Below are positions 39,201 through 53,200 of a DNA stretch of 64,000 bases, piece after piece. Location: NCBI GenBank assembly GCA_964057225.1, contig OZ059900.1:25854001-25918000 (forward strand). The letters run 5' to 3'. The notes under the pieces were generated by a model. That model worked only from the letters and a program-made list of their open reading frames with translations. It was not told where the DNA came from and searched no databases. The stretch comes from Auanema rhodensis (taxonomy: Eukaryota > Animalia > Nematoda). Position 1 is the first letter of the stretch. Every line of letters starts with the position of its first letter. Made by a program: the position numbers and the translations under genes.

Positions 39201-42200
39201 AGACGTTGTACGAACAATTTTGAGCTAGGTTTCATTGACATTGCATCAGTTTGAACACATGAAATCGTAAGTCAAAACCTTGTTTACAGCGAAATTTCCA
39301 AAAACTGGTTTTCCAGCATAATAAAATATTTCTCATGGGAAATACTGTGTTTTTGTTTTTTTCTAGTGTTCAACATGTAAAATGCTTCATTTTAGTATGT
39401 AACACGCTGAAATTCGTTGCATTTGACGACTCATATGAACAAAAATCGATTTAATCAATATTAGCCATAAGGGGCGTGCCCTCAGAATATGCTAATTTCC
39501 TTAATTTTCTAACCCCTGTTTTTTTGTCGTGAAAGTGGAACTAGACGTTGTACGAACAATTTTGAGCTAGGTTTCATTGACATTGCATGAGTTTGAACAC
39601 ATGAAATCGTAAGTCAAAACCTTGTTTACAGCGAAATTTCCAAAAACTGGTTTTCCAGCATAATAAAATATTTCTCATGGGAAATACTGTGTTTTTGTAT
39701 TTTTCTAGTGTTCAGCATGTGAAATGCTTCATTTTAGTATGTAACACGCTGAAATTCGTTGCATTTGACGACTCATATGAACAAAAATCGATTTAATCAA
39801 TATTAGCCATAAGGGGCGTGCCCTCAGAATATGCTAATTTCCTTAATTTTCTAACCCCTGTTTTTTTGTCGTGAAAGTGGAACTAGACGTTGTACGAACA
39901 ATTTTGAGCTAGGTTTCATTGACATTGCATGAGTTTGAACACATGAAATCGTAAGTCAAAACCTTGTTTACAGCGAAATTTCCAAAAACTGGTTTTCCAG
40001 CATAATAAAATATTTCTCATGGGAAATACTGTGTTTTTGTATTTTTCTAGTGTTCAGCATGTAAAATGCTTCATTTTAGTATGTAACACGCTGAAATTCG
40101 TTGCATTTGACGACTCATATGAACAAAAATCGATTTTATCAATATTAGCCATAAGGGGCGTGCCCTCAGAATATGCTAATTTCCTTAATTTTCTAACCCC
40201 TGTTTTTTTGTCGTGAAAGTGGAACTAGACGTTGTACGAACAATTTTGAGCTAGGTTTCATTGACATTGCATCAGTTTGAACACATGAAATCGTAAGTCA
40301 AAACCTTGTTTACAGCGAAATTTCCAAAAACTGGTTTTCCAGCATAATAAAATATTTCTCATGGGAAATACTGTGTTTTTGTTTTTTTCTAGTGTTCAAC
40401 ATGTAAAATGCTTCATTTTAGTATGTAACACGCTGAAATTCGTTGCATTTGACGACTCATATGAACAAAAATCGATTTAATCAATATTAGCCATAAGGGG
40501 CGTGCCCTCAGAATATGCTAATTTCCTTAATTTTCTAACCCCTGTTTTTTTGTCGTGAAAGTGGAACTAGACGTTGTACGAACAATTTTGAGCTAGGTTT
40601 CATTGACATTGCATGAGTTTGAACACATGAAATCGTAAGTCAAAACCTTGTTTACAGCGAAATTTCCAAAAACTGGTTTTCCAGCATAATAAAATATTTC
40701 TCATGGGAAATACTGTGTTTTTGTATTTTTCTAGTGTTCAGCATGTGAAATGCTTCATTTTAGTATGTAACACGCTGAAATTCGTTGCATTTGACGACTC
40801 ATATGAACAAAAATCGATTTAATCAATATTAGCCATAAGGGGCGTGCCCTCAGAATATGCTAATTTCCTTAATTTTCTAACCCCTGTTTTTTTGTCGTGA
40901 AAGTGGAACTAGACGTTGTACGAACAATTTTGAGCTAGGTTTCATTGACATTGCATGAGTTTGAACACATGAAATCGTAAGTCAAAACCTTGTTTACAGC
41001 GAAATTTCCAAAAACTGGTTTTCCAGCATAATAAAATATTTCTCATGGGAAATACTGTGTTTTTGTATTTTTCTAGTGTTCAGCATGTAAAATGCTTCAT
41101 TTTAGTATGTAACACGCTGAAATTCGTTGCATTTGACGACTCATATGAACAAAAATCGATTTAATCAATATTAGCCATAAGGGGCGTGCCCTCAGAATAT
41201 GCTAATTTCCTTAATTTTCTAAACCCTGTTTTTTTGTCGTGAAAGTGGAACTAGACGTTGTACGAACAATTTTGAGCTAGGTTTCATTGACATTGCATGA
41301 GTTTGAACACATGAAATCGTAAGTCAAAACCTTGTTTACAGCGAAATTTCCAAAAACTGGTTTTCCAGCATAATAAAATATTTCTCATGGGAAATACTGT
41401 GTTTTTGTATTTTTCTAGTGTTCAGCATGTGAAATGCTTCATTTTAGTATGTAACACGCTGAAATTCGTTGCATTTGACGACTCATATGAACAAAAATCG
41501 ATTTAATCAATATTAGCCATAAGGGGCGTGCCCTCAGAATATGCTAATTTCCTTAATTTTCTAACCCCTGTTTTTTTGTCGTGAAAGTGGAACTAGACGT
41601 TGTACGAACAATTTTGAGCTAGGTTTCATTGACATTGCATGAGTTTGAACACATGAAATCGTAAGTCAAAACCTTGTTTACAGCGAAATTTCCAAAAACT
41701 GGTTTTCCAGCATAATAAAATATTTCTCATGGGAAATACTGTGTTTTTGTATTTTTCTAGTGTTCAGCAGGTAAAATGCTTCATTTTAGTATGTAACACG
41801 CTGAAATTCGTTGCATTTGACGACTCATATGAACAAAAATCGATTTAATCAATATTAGCCATAAGGGGCGTGCCCTCAGAATATGCTAATTTCCTTAATT
41901 TTCTAACCCCTGTTTTTTTGTCGTGAAAGTGGAACTAGACGTTGTACGAACAATTTTGAGCTAGGTTTCATTGACATTGCATGAGTTTGAACACATGAAA
42001 TCGTAAGTCAAAACCTTGTTTACAGCGAAATTTCCAAAAACTGGTTTTCCAGCATAATAAAATATTTCTCATGGGAAAAACTGTGTTTTTGTATTTTTCT
42101 AGTGTTCAGCATGTAAAATGCTTCATTTTAGTATGTAACACGCTGAAATTTGTTGCATTTGACGACTCATATGAACAAAAATCGATTTAATCAATATTAG

Positions 42201-43730
42201 CCATAAGGGGCGTGCCCTCAGAATATGCTAATTTCCTTAATTTTCTAACCCCTGTTTTTTTGTCGTGAAAGTGGAACTAGACGTTGTACGAACAATTTTG
42301 AGCTAGGTTTCATTGACATTGCATCAGTTTGAACACATGAAATCGTAAGTCAAAACCTTGTTTACAGCGAAATTTCCAAAAACTGGTTTTCCAGCATAAT
42401 AAAATATTTCTCATGGGAAATACTGTGTTTTTGTATTTTTCTAGTGTTCAGCATGTAAAATGCTTTATTTTAGTATGTAACACGCTGAAATTCGTTGCAT
42501 TTGACGACTCATATGAACAAAAATCGATTTAATCAATATTAGCCATAAGGGGCGTGCCCTCAGAATATGCTAATTTCCTTAATTTTCTAACCCCTGTTTT
42601 TTTGTCGTGAAAGTGGAACTAGACGTTGTACGAACAATTTTGAGCTAGGTTTCATTGACATTGCATGAGTTTGAACACATGAAATCGTAAGTCAAAACCT
42701 TGTTTACAGCGAAATTTCCAAAAACTGGTTTTCCAGCATAATAAAATATTTCTCATGGGAAAAACTGTGTTTTTGTATTTTTCTAGTGTTCAGCATGTAA
42801 AATGCTTCATTTTAGTATGTAACACGCTGAAATTTGTTGCATTTGACGACTCATATGAACAAAAATCGATTTAATCAATATTAGCCATAAGGGGCGTGCC
42901 CTCAGAATATGCTAATTTCCTTAATTTTCTAACCCCTGTTTTTTTGTCGTGAAAGTGGAACTAGACGTTGTACGAACAATTTTGAGCTAGGTTTCATTGA
43001 CATTGCATGAGTTTGAACACATGAAATCGTAAGTCAAAACCTTGTTCACAGCGAAATTTCCAAAAACTGGTTTTCCAGCATAATAAAATATTTCTCAAGG
43101 GAAAAACTGTGTTTTTATATTTTTCTAGTGTTCAGCATGTGAAATGCTTTATTTTAGTATGTAACACGCTGAAATTTGTTGCATTTGACGACTCATATGA
43201 ACAAAAATCGATTTAATCAATATTAGCCATAAGGGGCGTGCCCTCAGAATATGCTAATTTCCTTAATTTTCTAACCCCTGTTTTTTTGTCGTGAAAGTGG
43301 AACTAGACGTTGTACGAACAATTTTGAGCTAGGTTTCATTGACATTGCATGAGTTTGAACACATGAAATCGTAAGTCAAAACCTTGTTTACAGCGAAATT
43401 TCCAAAAACTGGTTTTCCAGCATAATACAATATTTCTCATGGGAAATACTGTGTTTTTGTATTTTTCTAGTGTTCAGAATGTAGAATGCTTCATTTTGAT
43501 ATGTAAAACGCTGAAATTCGTTGCATTTGACGACTCATATGAACAAAAATCGATTTTATCAATATTAGCCATAAGGGGCGTGCCCTCAGAATATGCTAAT
43601 TTCCTTAATTTTCTAAACCCTGTTTTTTTGTCGTGAAAGTGGAACTAGACGTTGTACGAACAATTTTGAGCTAGGTTTCATTGACATTGCATGAGTTTGA
43701 ACACATGAAATCGTAAGTCAAAACCTTGTT
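34205..43730. repeat. Large duplication with 15-monomer (5130-bp) period; ~13 monomers match
   Basis: The monomer-type order at 34205-~38600 is reproduced at 39335-~43730. ORF pairs 34889/40019 and 38309/43439 are both 5130 apart. Confidence 0.88.
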
Positions 43731-46700
43731 CACAGCGAAATTTCCAAAAACTGGTTTTCCAGCATAATAAAATATTTCTCAAGGGAAAAACTGTGTTTTT
43801 ATATTTTTCTAGTGTTCAGCATGTGAAATGCTTTATTTTAGTATGTAACACGCTGAAATTTGTTGCATTTGACGACTCATATGAACAAAAATCGATTTAA
43901 TCAATATTAGCCATAAGGGGCGTGCCCTCAGAATATGCTAATTTCCTTAATTTTCTAACCCCTGTTTTTTTGTCGTGAAAGTGGAACTAGACGTTGTACG
44001 AACAATTTTGAGCTAGGTTTCATTGACATTGCATGAGTTTGAACACATGAAATCGTAAGTCAAAACCTTGTTTACAGCGAAATTTCCAAAAACTGGTTTT
44101 CCAGCATAATACAATATTTCTCATGGGAAATACTGTGTTTTTGTATTTTTCTAGTGTTCAGAATGTAGAATGCTTCATTTTGATATGTAAAACGCTGAAA
44201 TTCGTTGCATTTGACGACTCATATGAACAAAAATCGATTTTATCAATATTAGCCATAAGGGGCGTGCCCTCAGAATATGCTAATTTCCTTAATTTTCTAA
44301 ACCCTGTTTTTTTGTCGTGAAAGTGGAACTAGACGTTGTACGAACAATTTTGAGCTAGGTTTCATTGACATTGCATGAGTTTGAACACATGAAATCGTAA
44401 GTCAAAACCTTGTTTACAGCGAAATTTCCAAAAACTGGTTTTCCAGCATAATAAAATATTTCTCATGGGAAAAACTGTGTTTTTGTATTTTTCTAGTGTT
44501 CAGCATGTAAAATGGTTCATTTTAGTATGTAACACGCTGAAATTCGTTGCATTTGACGACTCATATGAACAAAAATCGATTTTATCAATATTAGCCATAA
44601 GGGGCGTGCCCTCAGAATATGCTAATTTCCTTAATTTTCTAAACCCTGTTTTTTTGTCGTGAAAGTGGAACTAGACGTTGTACGAACAATTTTGAGCTAG
44701 GTTTCATTGACATTGCATGAGTTTGAACACATGAAATCGTAAGTCAAAACCTTGTTTACAGCGAAATTTCCAAAAACTGGTTTTCCAGCATAATAAAATA
44801 TTTCTCATGGGAAAAACTGTGTTTTTGTATTTTTCTAGTGTTCAGCATGTAAAATGGTTCATTTTAGTATGTAACACGCTGAAATTTGTTGCATTTGACG
44901 ACTCATATGAACAAAAATCGATTTAATCAATATTAGCCATAAGGGGCGTGCCCTCAGAATATGCTAATTTCCTTAATTTTCTAACCCCTGTTTTTTTGTC
45001 GTGAAAGTGGAACTAGACGTTGTACGAACAATTTTGAGCTAGGTTTCATTGACATTGCATGAGTTTGAACACATGAAATCGTAAGTCAAAACCTTGTTTA
45101 CAGCGAAATTTCCAAAAACTGGTTTTCCAGCATAATAAAATATTTCTCATGGGAAAAACTGTGTTTTTGTATTTTTCTAGTGTTCAGCATGTAAAATGCT
45201 TCATTTTAGTATGTAACACGCTGAAATTTGTTGCATTTGACGACTCATATGAACAAAAATCGATTTAATCAATATTAGCCATAAGGGGCGTGCCCTCAGA
45301 ATATGCTAATTTCCTTAATTTTCTAACCCCTGTTTTTTTGTCGTGAAAGTGGAACTAGACGTTGTACGAACAATTTTGAGCTAGGTTTCATTGACATTGC
45401 ATGAGTTTGAACACATGAAATCGTAAGTCAAAACCTTGTTCACAGCGAAATTTCCAAAAACTGGTTTTCCAGCATAATAAAATATTTCTCAAGGGAAAAA
45501 CTGTGTTTTTATATTTTTCTAGTGTTCAGCATGTGAAATGCTTTATTTTAGTATGTAACACGCTGAAATTCGTTGCATTTGACGACTCATATGAACAAAA
45601 ATCGATTTAATCAATATTAGCCATAAGGGGCGTGCCCTCAGAATATGCTAATTTCCTTAATTTTCTAACCCCTGTTTTTTTGTCGTGAAAGTGGAACTAG
45701 ACGTTGTACGAACAATTTTGAGCTAGGTTTCATTGACATTGCATGAGTTTGAACACATGAAATCGTAAGTCAAAACCTTGTTTACAGCGAAATTTCCAAA
45801 AACTGGTTTTCCAGCATAATACAATATTTCTCATGGGAAATACTGTGTTTTTGTATTTTTCTAGTGTTCAGAATGTAGAATGCTTCATTTTGATATGTAA
45901 AACGCTGAAATTCGTTGCATTTGACGACTCATATGAACAAAAATCGATTTTATCAATATTAGCCATAAGGGGCGTGCCCTCAGAATATGCTAATTTCCTT
46001 AATTTTCTAAACCCTGTTTTTTTGTCGTGAAAGTGGAACTAGACGTTGTACGAACAATTTTGAGCTAGGTTTCATTGACATTGCATGAGTTTGAACACAT
46101 GAAATCGTAAGTCAAAACCTTGTTTACAGCGAAATTTCCAAAAACTGGTTTTCCAGCATAATAAAATATTTCTCATGGGAAATACTGTGTTTTTGTATTT
46201 TTCTAGTGTTCAGCATGTAAAATGCTTCATTTTAGTATGTAACACGCTGAAATTCGTTGCATTTGACGACTCATATGAACAAAAATCGATTTAATCAATA
46301 TTAGCCATAAGGGGCGTGCCCTCAGAATATGCTAATTTCCTTAATTTTCTAACCCCTGTTTTTTTGTCGTGAAAGTGGAACTAGACGTTGTACGAACAAT
46401 TTTGAGCTAGGTTTCATTGACATTGCATGAGTTTGAACACATGAAATCGTAAGTCAAAACCTTGTTTACAGCGAAATTTCCAAAAACTGGTTTTCCAGCA
46501 TAATAAAATATTTCTCATGGGAAATACTGTGTTTTTGTATTTTTCTAGTGTTCAGCAGGTAAAATGCTTCATTTTAGTATGTAAAACGCTGAAATTCGTT
46601 GCATTTGACGACTCATATGAACAAAAATCGATTTTATCAATATTAGCCATAAGGGGCGTGCCCTCAGAATATGCTAATTTCCTTAATTTTCTAAACCCTG

Positions 46701-49700
46701 TTTTTTTGTCGTGAAAGTGGAACTAGACGTTGTACGAACAATTTTGAGCTAGGTTTCATTGACATTGCATGAGTTTGAACACATGAAATCGTAAGTCAAA
46801 ACCTTGTTTACAGCGAAATTTCCAAAAACTGGTTTTCCAGCATAATAAAATATTTCTCATGGGAAATACTGTGTTTTTGTATTTTTCTAGTGTTCAGCAT
46901 GTAAAATGCTTCATTTTAGTATGTAACACGCTGAAATTCGTTGCATTTGACGACTCATATGAACAAAAATCGATTTAATCAATATTAGCCATAAGGGGCG
47001 TGCCCTCAGAATATGCTAATTTCCTTAATTTTCTAACCCCTGTTTTTTTGTCGTGAAAGTGGAACTAGACGTTGTACGAACAATTTTGAGCTAGGTTTCA
47101 TTGACATTGCATGAGTTTGAACACATGAAATCGTAAGTCAAAACCTTGTTTACAGCGAAATTTCCAAAAACTGGTTTTCCAGCATAATACAATATTTCTC
47201 ATGGGAAATACTGTGTTTTTGTATTTTTCTAGTGTTCAGAATGTAGAATGCTTCATTTTGATATGTAAAACGCTGAAATTCGTTGCATTTGACGACTCAT
47301 ATGAACAAAAATCGATTTTATCAATATTAGCCATAAGGGGCGTGCCCTCAGAATATGCTAATTTCCTTAATTTTCTAAACCCTGTTTTTTTGTCGTGAAA
47401 GTGGAACTAGACGTTGTACGAACAATTTTGAGCTAGGTTTCATTGACATTGCATGAGTTTGAACACATGAAATCGTAAGTCAAAACCTTGTTTACAGCGA
47501 AATTTCCAAAAACTGGTTTTCCAGCATAATAAAATATTTCTCATGGGAAAAACTGTGTTTTTGTATTTTTCTAGTGTTCAGCATGTAAAATGCTTCATTT
47601 TAGTATGTAACACGCTGAAATTTGTTGCATTTGACGACTCATATGAACAAAAATCGATTTAATCAATATTAGCCATAAGGGGCGTGCCCTCAGAATATGC
47701 TAATTTCCTTAATTTTCTAACCCCTGTTTTTTTGTCGTGAAAGTGGAACTAGACGTTGTACGAACAATTTTGAGCTAGGTTTCATTGACATTGCATCAGT
47801 TTGAACACATGAAATCGTAAGTCAAAACCTTGTTTACAGCGAAATTTCCAAAAACTGGTTTTCCAGCATAATACAATATTTCTCATGGGAAATACTGTGT
47901 TTTTGTATTTTTCTAGTGTTCAGAATGTAGAATGCTTCATTTTGATATGTAAAACGCTGAAATTCGTTGCATTTGACGACTCATATGAACAAAAATCGAT
48001 TTTATCAATATTAGCCATAAGGGGCGTGCCCTCAGAATATGCTAATTTCCTTAATTTTCTAACCCCTGTTTTTTTGTCGTGAAAGTGGAACTAGACGTTG
48101 TACGAACAATTTTGAGCTAGGTTTCATTGACATTGCATGAGTTTGAACACATGAAATCGTAAGTCAAAACCTTGTTTACAGCGAAATTTCCAAAAACTGG
48201 TTTTCCAGCATAATAAAATATTTCTCATGGGAAAAACTGTGTTTTTGTATTTTTCTAGTGTTCAGCATGTAAAATGCTTCATTTTAGTATGTAACACGCT
48301 GAAATTTGTTGCATTTGACGACTCATATGAACAAAAATCGATTTAATCAATATTAGCCATAAGGGGCGTGCCCTCAGAATATGCTAATTTCCTTAATTTT
48401 CTAACCCCTGTTTTTTTGTCGTGAAAGTGGAACTAGACGTTGTACGAACAATTTTGAGCTAGGTTTCATTGACATTGCATGAGTTTGAACACATGAAATC
48501 GTAAGTCAAAACCTTGTTTACAGCGAAATTTCCAAAAACTGGTTTTCCAGCATAATAAAATATTTCTCATGGGAAATACTGTGTTTTTGTATTTTTCTAG
48601 TGTTCAGCATGTGAAATGCTTCATTTTAGTATGTAACACGCTGAAATTCGTTGCATTTGACGACTCATATGAACAAAAATCGATTTAATCAATATTAGCC
48701 ATAAGGGGCGTGCCCTCAGAATATGCTAATTTCCTTAATTTTCTAACCCCTGTTTTTTTGTCGTGAAAGTGGAACTAGACGTTGTACGAACAATTTTGAG
48801 CTAGGTTTCATTGACATTGCATGAGTTTGAACACATGAAATCGTAAGTCAAAACCTTGTTTACAGCGAAATTTCCAAAAACTGGTTTTCCAGCATAATAA
48901 AATATTTCTCATGGGAAATACTGTGTTTTTGTATTTTTCTAGTGTTCAGCATGTAAAATGCTTCATTTTAGTATGTAACACGCTGAAATTCGTTGCATTT
49001 GACGACTCATATGAACAAAAATCGATTTTATCAATATTAGCCATAAGGGGCGTGCCCTCAGAATATGCTAATTTCCTTAATTTTCTAACCCCTGTTTTTT
49101 TGTCGTGAAAGTGGAACTAGACGTTGTACGAACAATTTTGAGCTAGGTTTCATTGACATTGCATCAGTTTGAACACATGAAATCGTAAGTCAAAACCTTG
49201 TTTACAGCGAAATTTCCAAAAACTGGTTTTCCAGCATAATAAAATATTTCTCATGGGAAATACTGTGTTTTTGTATTTTTCTAGTGTTCAACATGTAAAA
49301 TGCTTCATTTTAGTATGTAACACGCTGAAATTCGTTGCATTTGACGACTCATATGAACAAAAATCGATTTAATCAATATTAGCCATAAGGGGCGTGCCCT
49401 CAGAATATGCTAATTTCCTTAATTTTCTAACCCCTGTTTTTTTGTCGTGAAAGTGGAACTAGACGTTGTACGAACAATTTTGAGCTAGGTTTCATTGACA
49501 TTGCATGAGTTTGAACACATGAAATCGTAAGTCAAAACCTTGTTTACAGCGAAATTTCCAAAAACTGGTTTTCCAGCATAATAAAATATTTCTCATGGGA
49601 AATACTGTGTTTTTGTATTTTTCTAGTGTTCAGCATGTGAAATGCTTCATTTTAGTATGTAACACGCTGAAATTTGTTGCATTTGACGACTCATATGAAC

Positions 49701-50278
49701 AAAAATCGATTTAATCAATATTAGCCATAAGGGGCGTGCCCTCAGAATATGCTAATTTCCTTAATTTTCTAACCCCTGTTTTTTTGTCGTGAAAGTGGAA
49801 CTAGACGTTGTACGAACAATTTTGAGCTAGGTTTCATTGACATTGCATGAGTTTGAACACATGAAATCGTAAGTCAAAACCTTGTTTACAGCGAAATTTC
49901 CAAAAACTGGTTTTCCAGCATAATAAAATATTTCTCATGGGAAATACTGTGTTTTTGTATTTTTCTAGTGTTCAGCATGTAAAATGCTTCATTTTAGTAT
50001 GTAACACGCTGAAATTCGTTGCATTTGACGACTCATATGAACAAAAATCGATTTAATCAATATTAGCCATAAGGGGCGTGCCCTCAGAATATGCTAATTT
50101 CCTTAATTTTCTAAACCCTGTTTTTTTGTCGTGAAAGTGGAACTAGACGTTGTACGAACAATTTTGAGCTAGGTTTCATTGACATTGCATGAGTTTGAAC
50201 ACATGAAATCGTAAGTCAAAACCTTGTTTACAGCGAAATTTCCAAAAACTGGTTTTCCAGCATAATAAAATATTTCTC

Positions 50279-53200
50279 ATGGGAAATACTGTGTTTTTGT
50301 ATTTTTCTAGTGTTCAGCATGTAAAATGCTTCATTTTAGTATGTAACACGCTGAAATTCGTTGCATTTGACGACTCATATGAACAAAAATCGATTTAATC
50401 AATATTAGCCATAAGGGGCGTGCCCTCAGAATATGCTAATTTCCTTAATTTTCTAACCCCTGTTTTTTTGTCGTGAAAGTGGAACTAGACGTTGTACGAA
50501 CAATTTTGAGCTAGGTTTCATTGACATTGCATGAGTTTGAACACATGAAATCGTAAGTCAAAACCTTGTTTACAGCGAAATTTCCAAAAACTGGTTTTCC
50601 AGCATAATACAATATTTCTCATGGGAAATACTGTGTTTTTGTATTTTTCTAGTGTTCAGAATGTAGAATGCTTCATTTTAGTATGTAACACGCTGAAATT
50701 CGTTGCATTTGACGACTCATATGAACAAAAATCGATTTAATCAATATTAGCCATAAGGGGCGTGCCCTCAGAATATGCTAATTTCCTTAATTTTCTAAAC
50801 CCTGTTTTTTTGTCGTGAAAGTGGAACTAGACGTTGTACGAACAATTTTGAGCTAGGTTTCATTGACATTGCATGAGTTTGAACACATGAAATCGTAAGT
50901 CAAAACCTTGTTTACAGCGAAATTTCCAAAAACTGGTTTTCCAGCATAATAAAATATTTCTCATGGGAAAAACTGTGTTTTTGTATTTTTCTAGTGTTCA
51001 GCATGTAAAATGCTTCATTTTAGTATGTAACACGCTGAAATTTGTTGCATTTGACGACTCATATGAACAAAAATCGATTTAATCAATATTAGCCATAAGG
51101 GGCGTGCCCTCAGAATATGCTAATTTCCTTAATTTTCTAACCCCTGTTTTTTTGTCGTGAAAGTGGAACTAGACGTTGTACGAACAATTTTGAGCTAGGT
51201 TTCATTGACATTGCATGAGTTTGAACACATGAAATCGTAAGTCAAAACCTTGTTCACAGCGAAATTTCCAAAAACTGGTTTTCCAGCATAATAAAATATT
51301 TCTCAAGGGAAAAACTGTGTTTTTATATTTTTCTAGTGTTCAGCATGTGAAATGCTTTATTTTAGTATGTAACACGCTGAAATTTGTTGCATTTGACGAC
51401 TCATATGAACAAAAATCGATTTAATCAATATTAGCCATAAGGGGCGTGCCCTCAGAATATGCTAATTTCCTTAATTTTCTAACCCCTGTTTTTTTGTCGT
51501 GAAAGTGGAACTAGACGTTGTACGAACAATTTTGAGCTAGGTTTCATTGACATTGCATGAGTTTGAACACATGAAATCGTAAGTCAAAACCTTGTTTACA
51601 GCGAAATTTCCAAAAACTGGTTTTCCAGCATAATAAAATATTTCTCAAGGGAAAAACTGTGTTTTTATATTTTTCTAGTGTTCAGCATGTGAAATGCTTT
51701 ATTTTAGTATGTAACACGCTGAAATTTGTTGCATTTGACGACTCATATGAACAAAAATCGATTTAATCAATATTAGCCATAAGGGGCGTGCCCTCAGAAT
51801 ATGCTAATTTCCTTAATTTTCTAACCCCTGTTTTTTTGTCGTGAAAGTGGAACTAGACGTTGTACGAACAATTTTGAGCTAGGTTTCATTGACATTGCAT
51901 GAGTTTGAACACATGAAATCGTAAGTCAAAACCTTGTTTACAGCGAAATTTCCAAAAACTGGTTTTCCAGCATAATACAATATTTCTCATGGGAAATACT
52001 GTGTTTTTGTATTTTTCTAGTGTTCAGAATGTAGAATGCTTCATTTTGATATGTAAAACGCTGAAATTCGTTGCATTTGACGACTCATATGAACAAAAAT
52101 CGATTTAATCAATATTAGCCATAAGGGGCGTGCCCTCAGAATATGCTAATTTCCTTAATTTTCTAACCCCTGTTTTTTTGTCGTGAAAGTGGAACTAGAC
52201 GTTGTACGAACAATTTTGAGCTAGGTTTCATTGACATTGCATGAGTTTGAACACATGAAATCGTAAGTCAAAACCTTGTTTACAGCGAAATTTCCAAAAA
52301 CTGGTTTTCCAGCATAATAAAATATTTCTCATGGGAAATACTGTGTTTTTGTATTTTTCTAGTGTTCAGCATGTAAAATGCTTCATTTTAGTATGTAACA
52401 CGCTGAAATTCGTTGCATTTGACGACTCATATGAACAAAAATCGATTTAATCAATATTAGCCATAAGGGGCGTGCCCTCAGAATATGCTAATTTCCTTAA
52501 TTTTCTAACCCCTGTTTTTTTGTCGTGAAAGTGGAACTAGACGTTGTACGAACAATTTTAAGCTAGGTTTCATTGACATTGCATGAGTTTGAACACATGA
52601 AATCGTAAGTCAAAACCTTGTTTACAGCGAAATTTCCAAAAACTGGTTTTCCAGCATAATACAATATTTCTCATGGGAAATACTGTGTTTTTGTATTTTT
52701 CTAGTGTTCAGAATGTAGAATGCTTCATTTTGATATGTAAAACGCTGAAATTCGTTGCATTTGACGACTCATATGAACAAAAATCGATTTTATCAATATT
52801 AGCCATAAGGGGCGTGCCCTCAGAATATGCTAATTTCCTTAATTTTCTAAACCCTGTTTTTTTGTCGTGAAAGTGGAACTAGACGTTGTACGAACAATTT
52901 TGAGCTAGGTTTCATTGACATTGCATGAGTTTGAACACATGAAATCGTAAGTCAAAACCTTGTTTACAGCGAAATTTCCAAAAACTGGTTTTCCAGCATA
53001 ATAAAATATTTCTCATGGGAAATACTGTGTTTTTGTATTTTTCTAGTGTTCAGCATGTAAAATGCTTCATTTTAGTATGTAACACGCTGAAATTCGTTGC
53101 ATTTGACGACTCATATGAACAAAAATCGATTTAATCAATATTAGCCATAAGGGGCGTGCCCTCAGAATATGCTAATTTCCTTAATTTTCTAACCCCTGTT

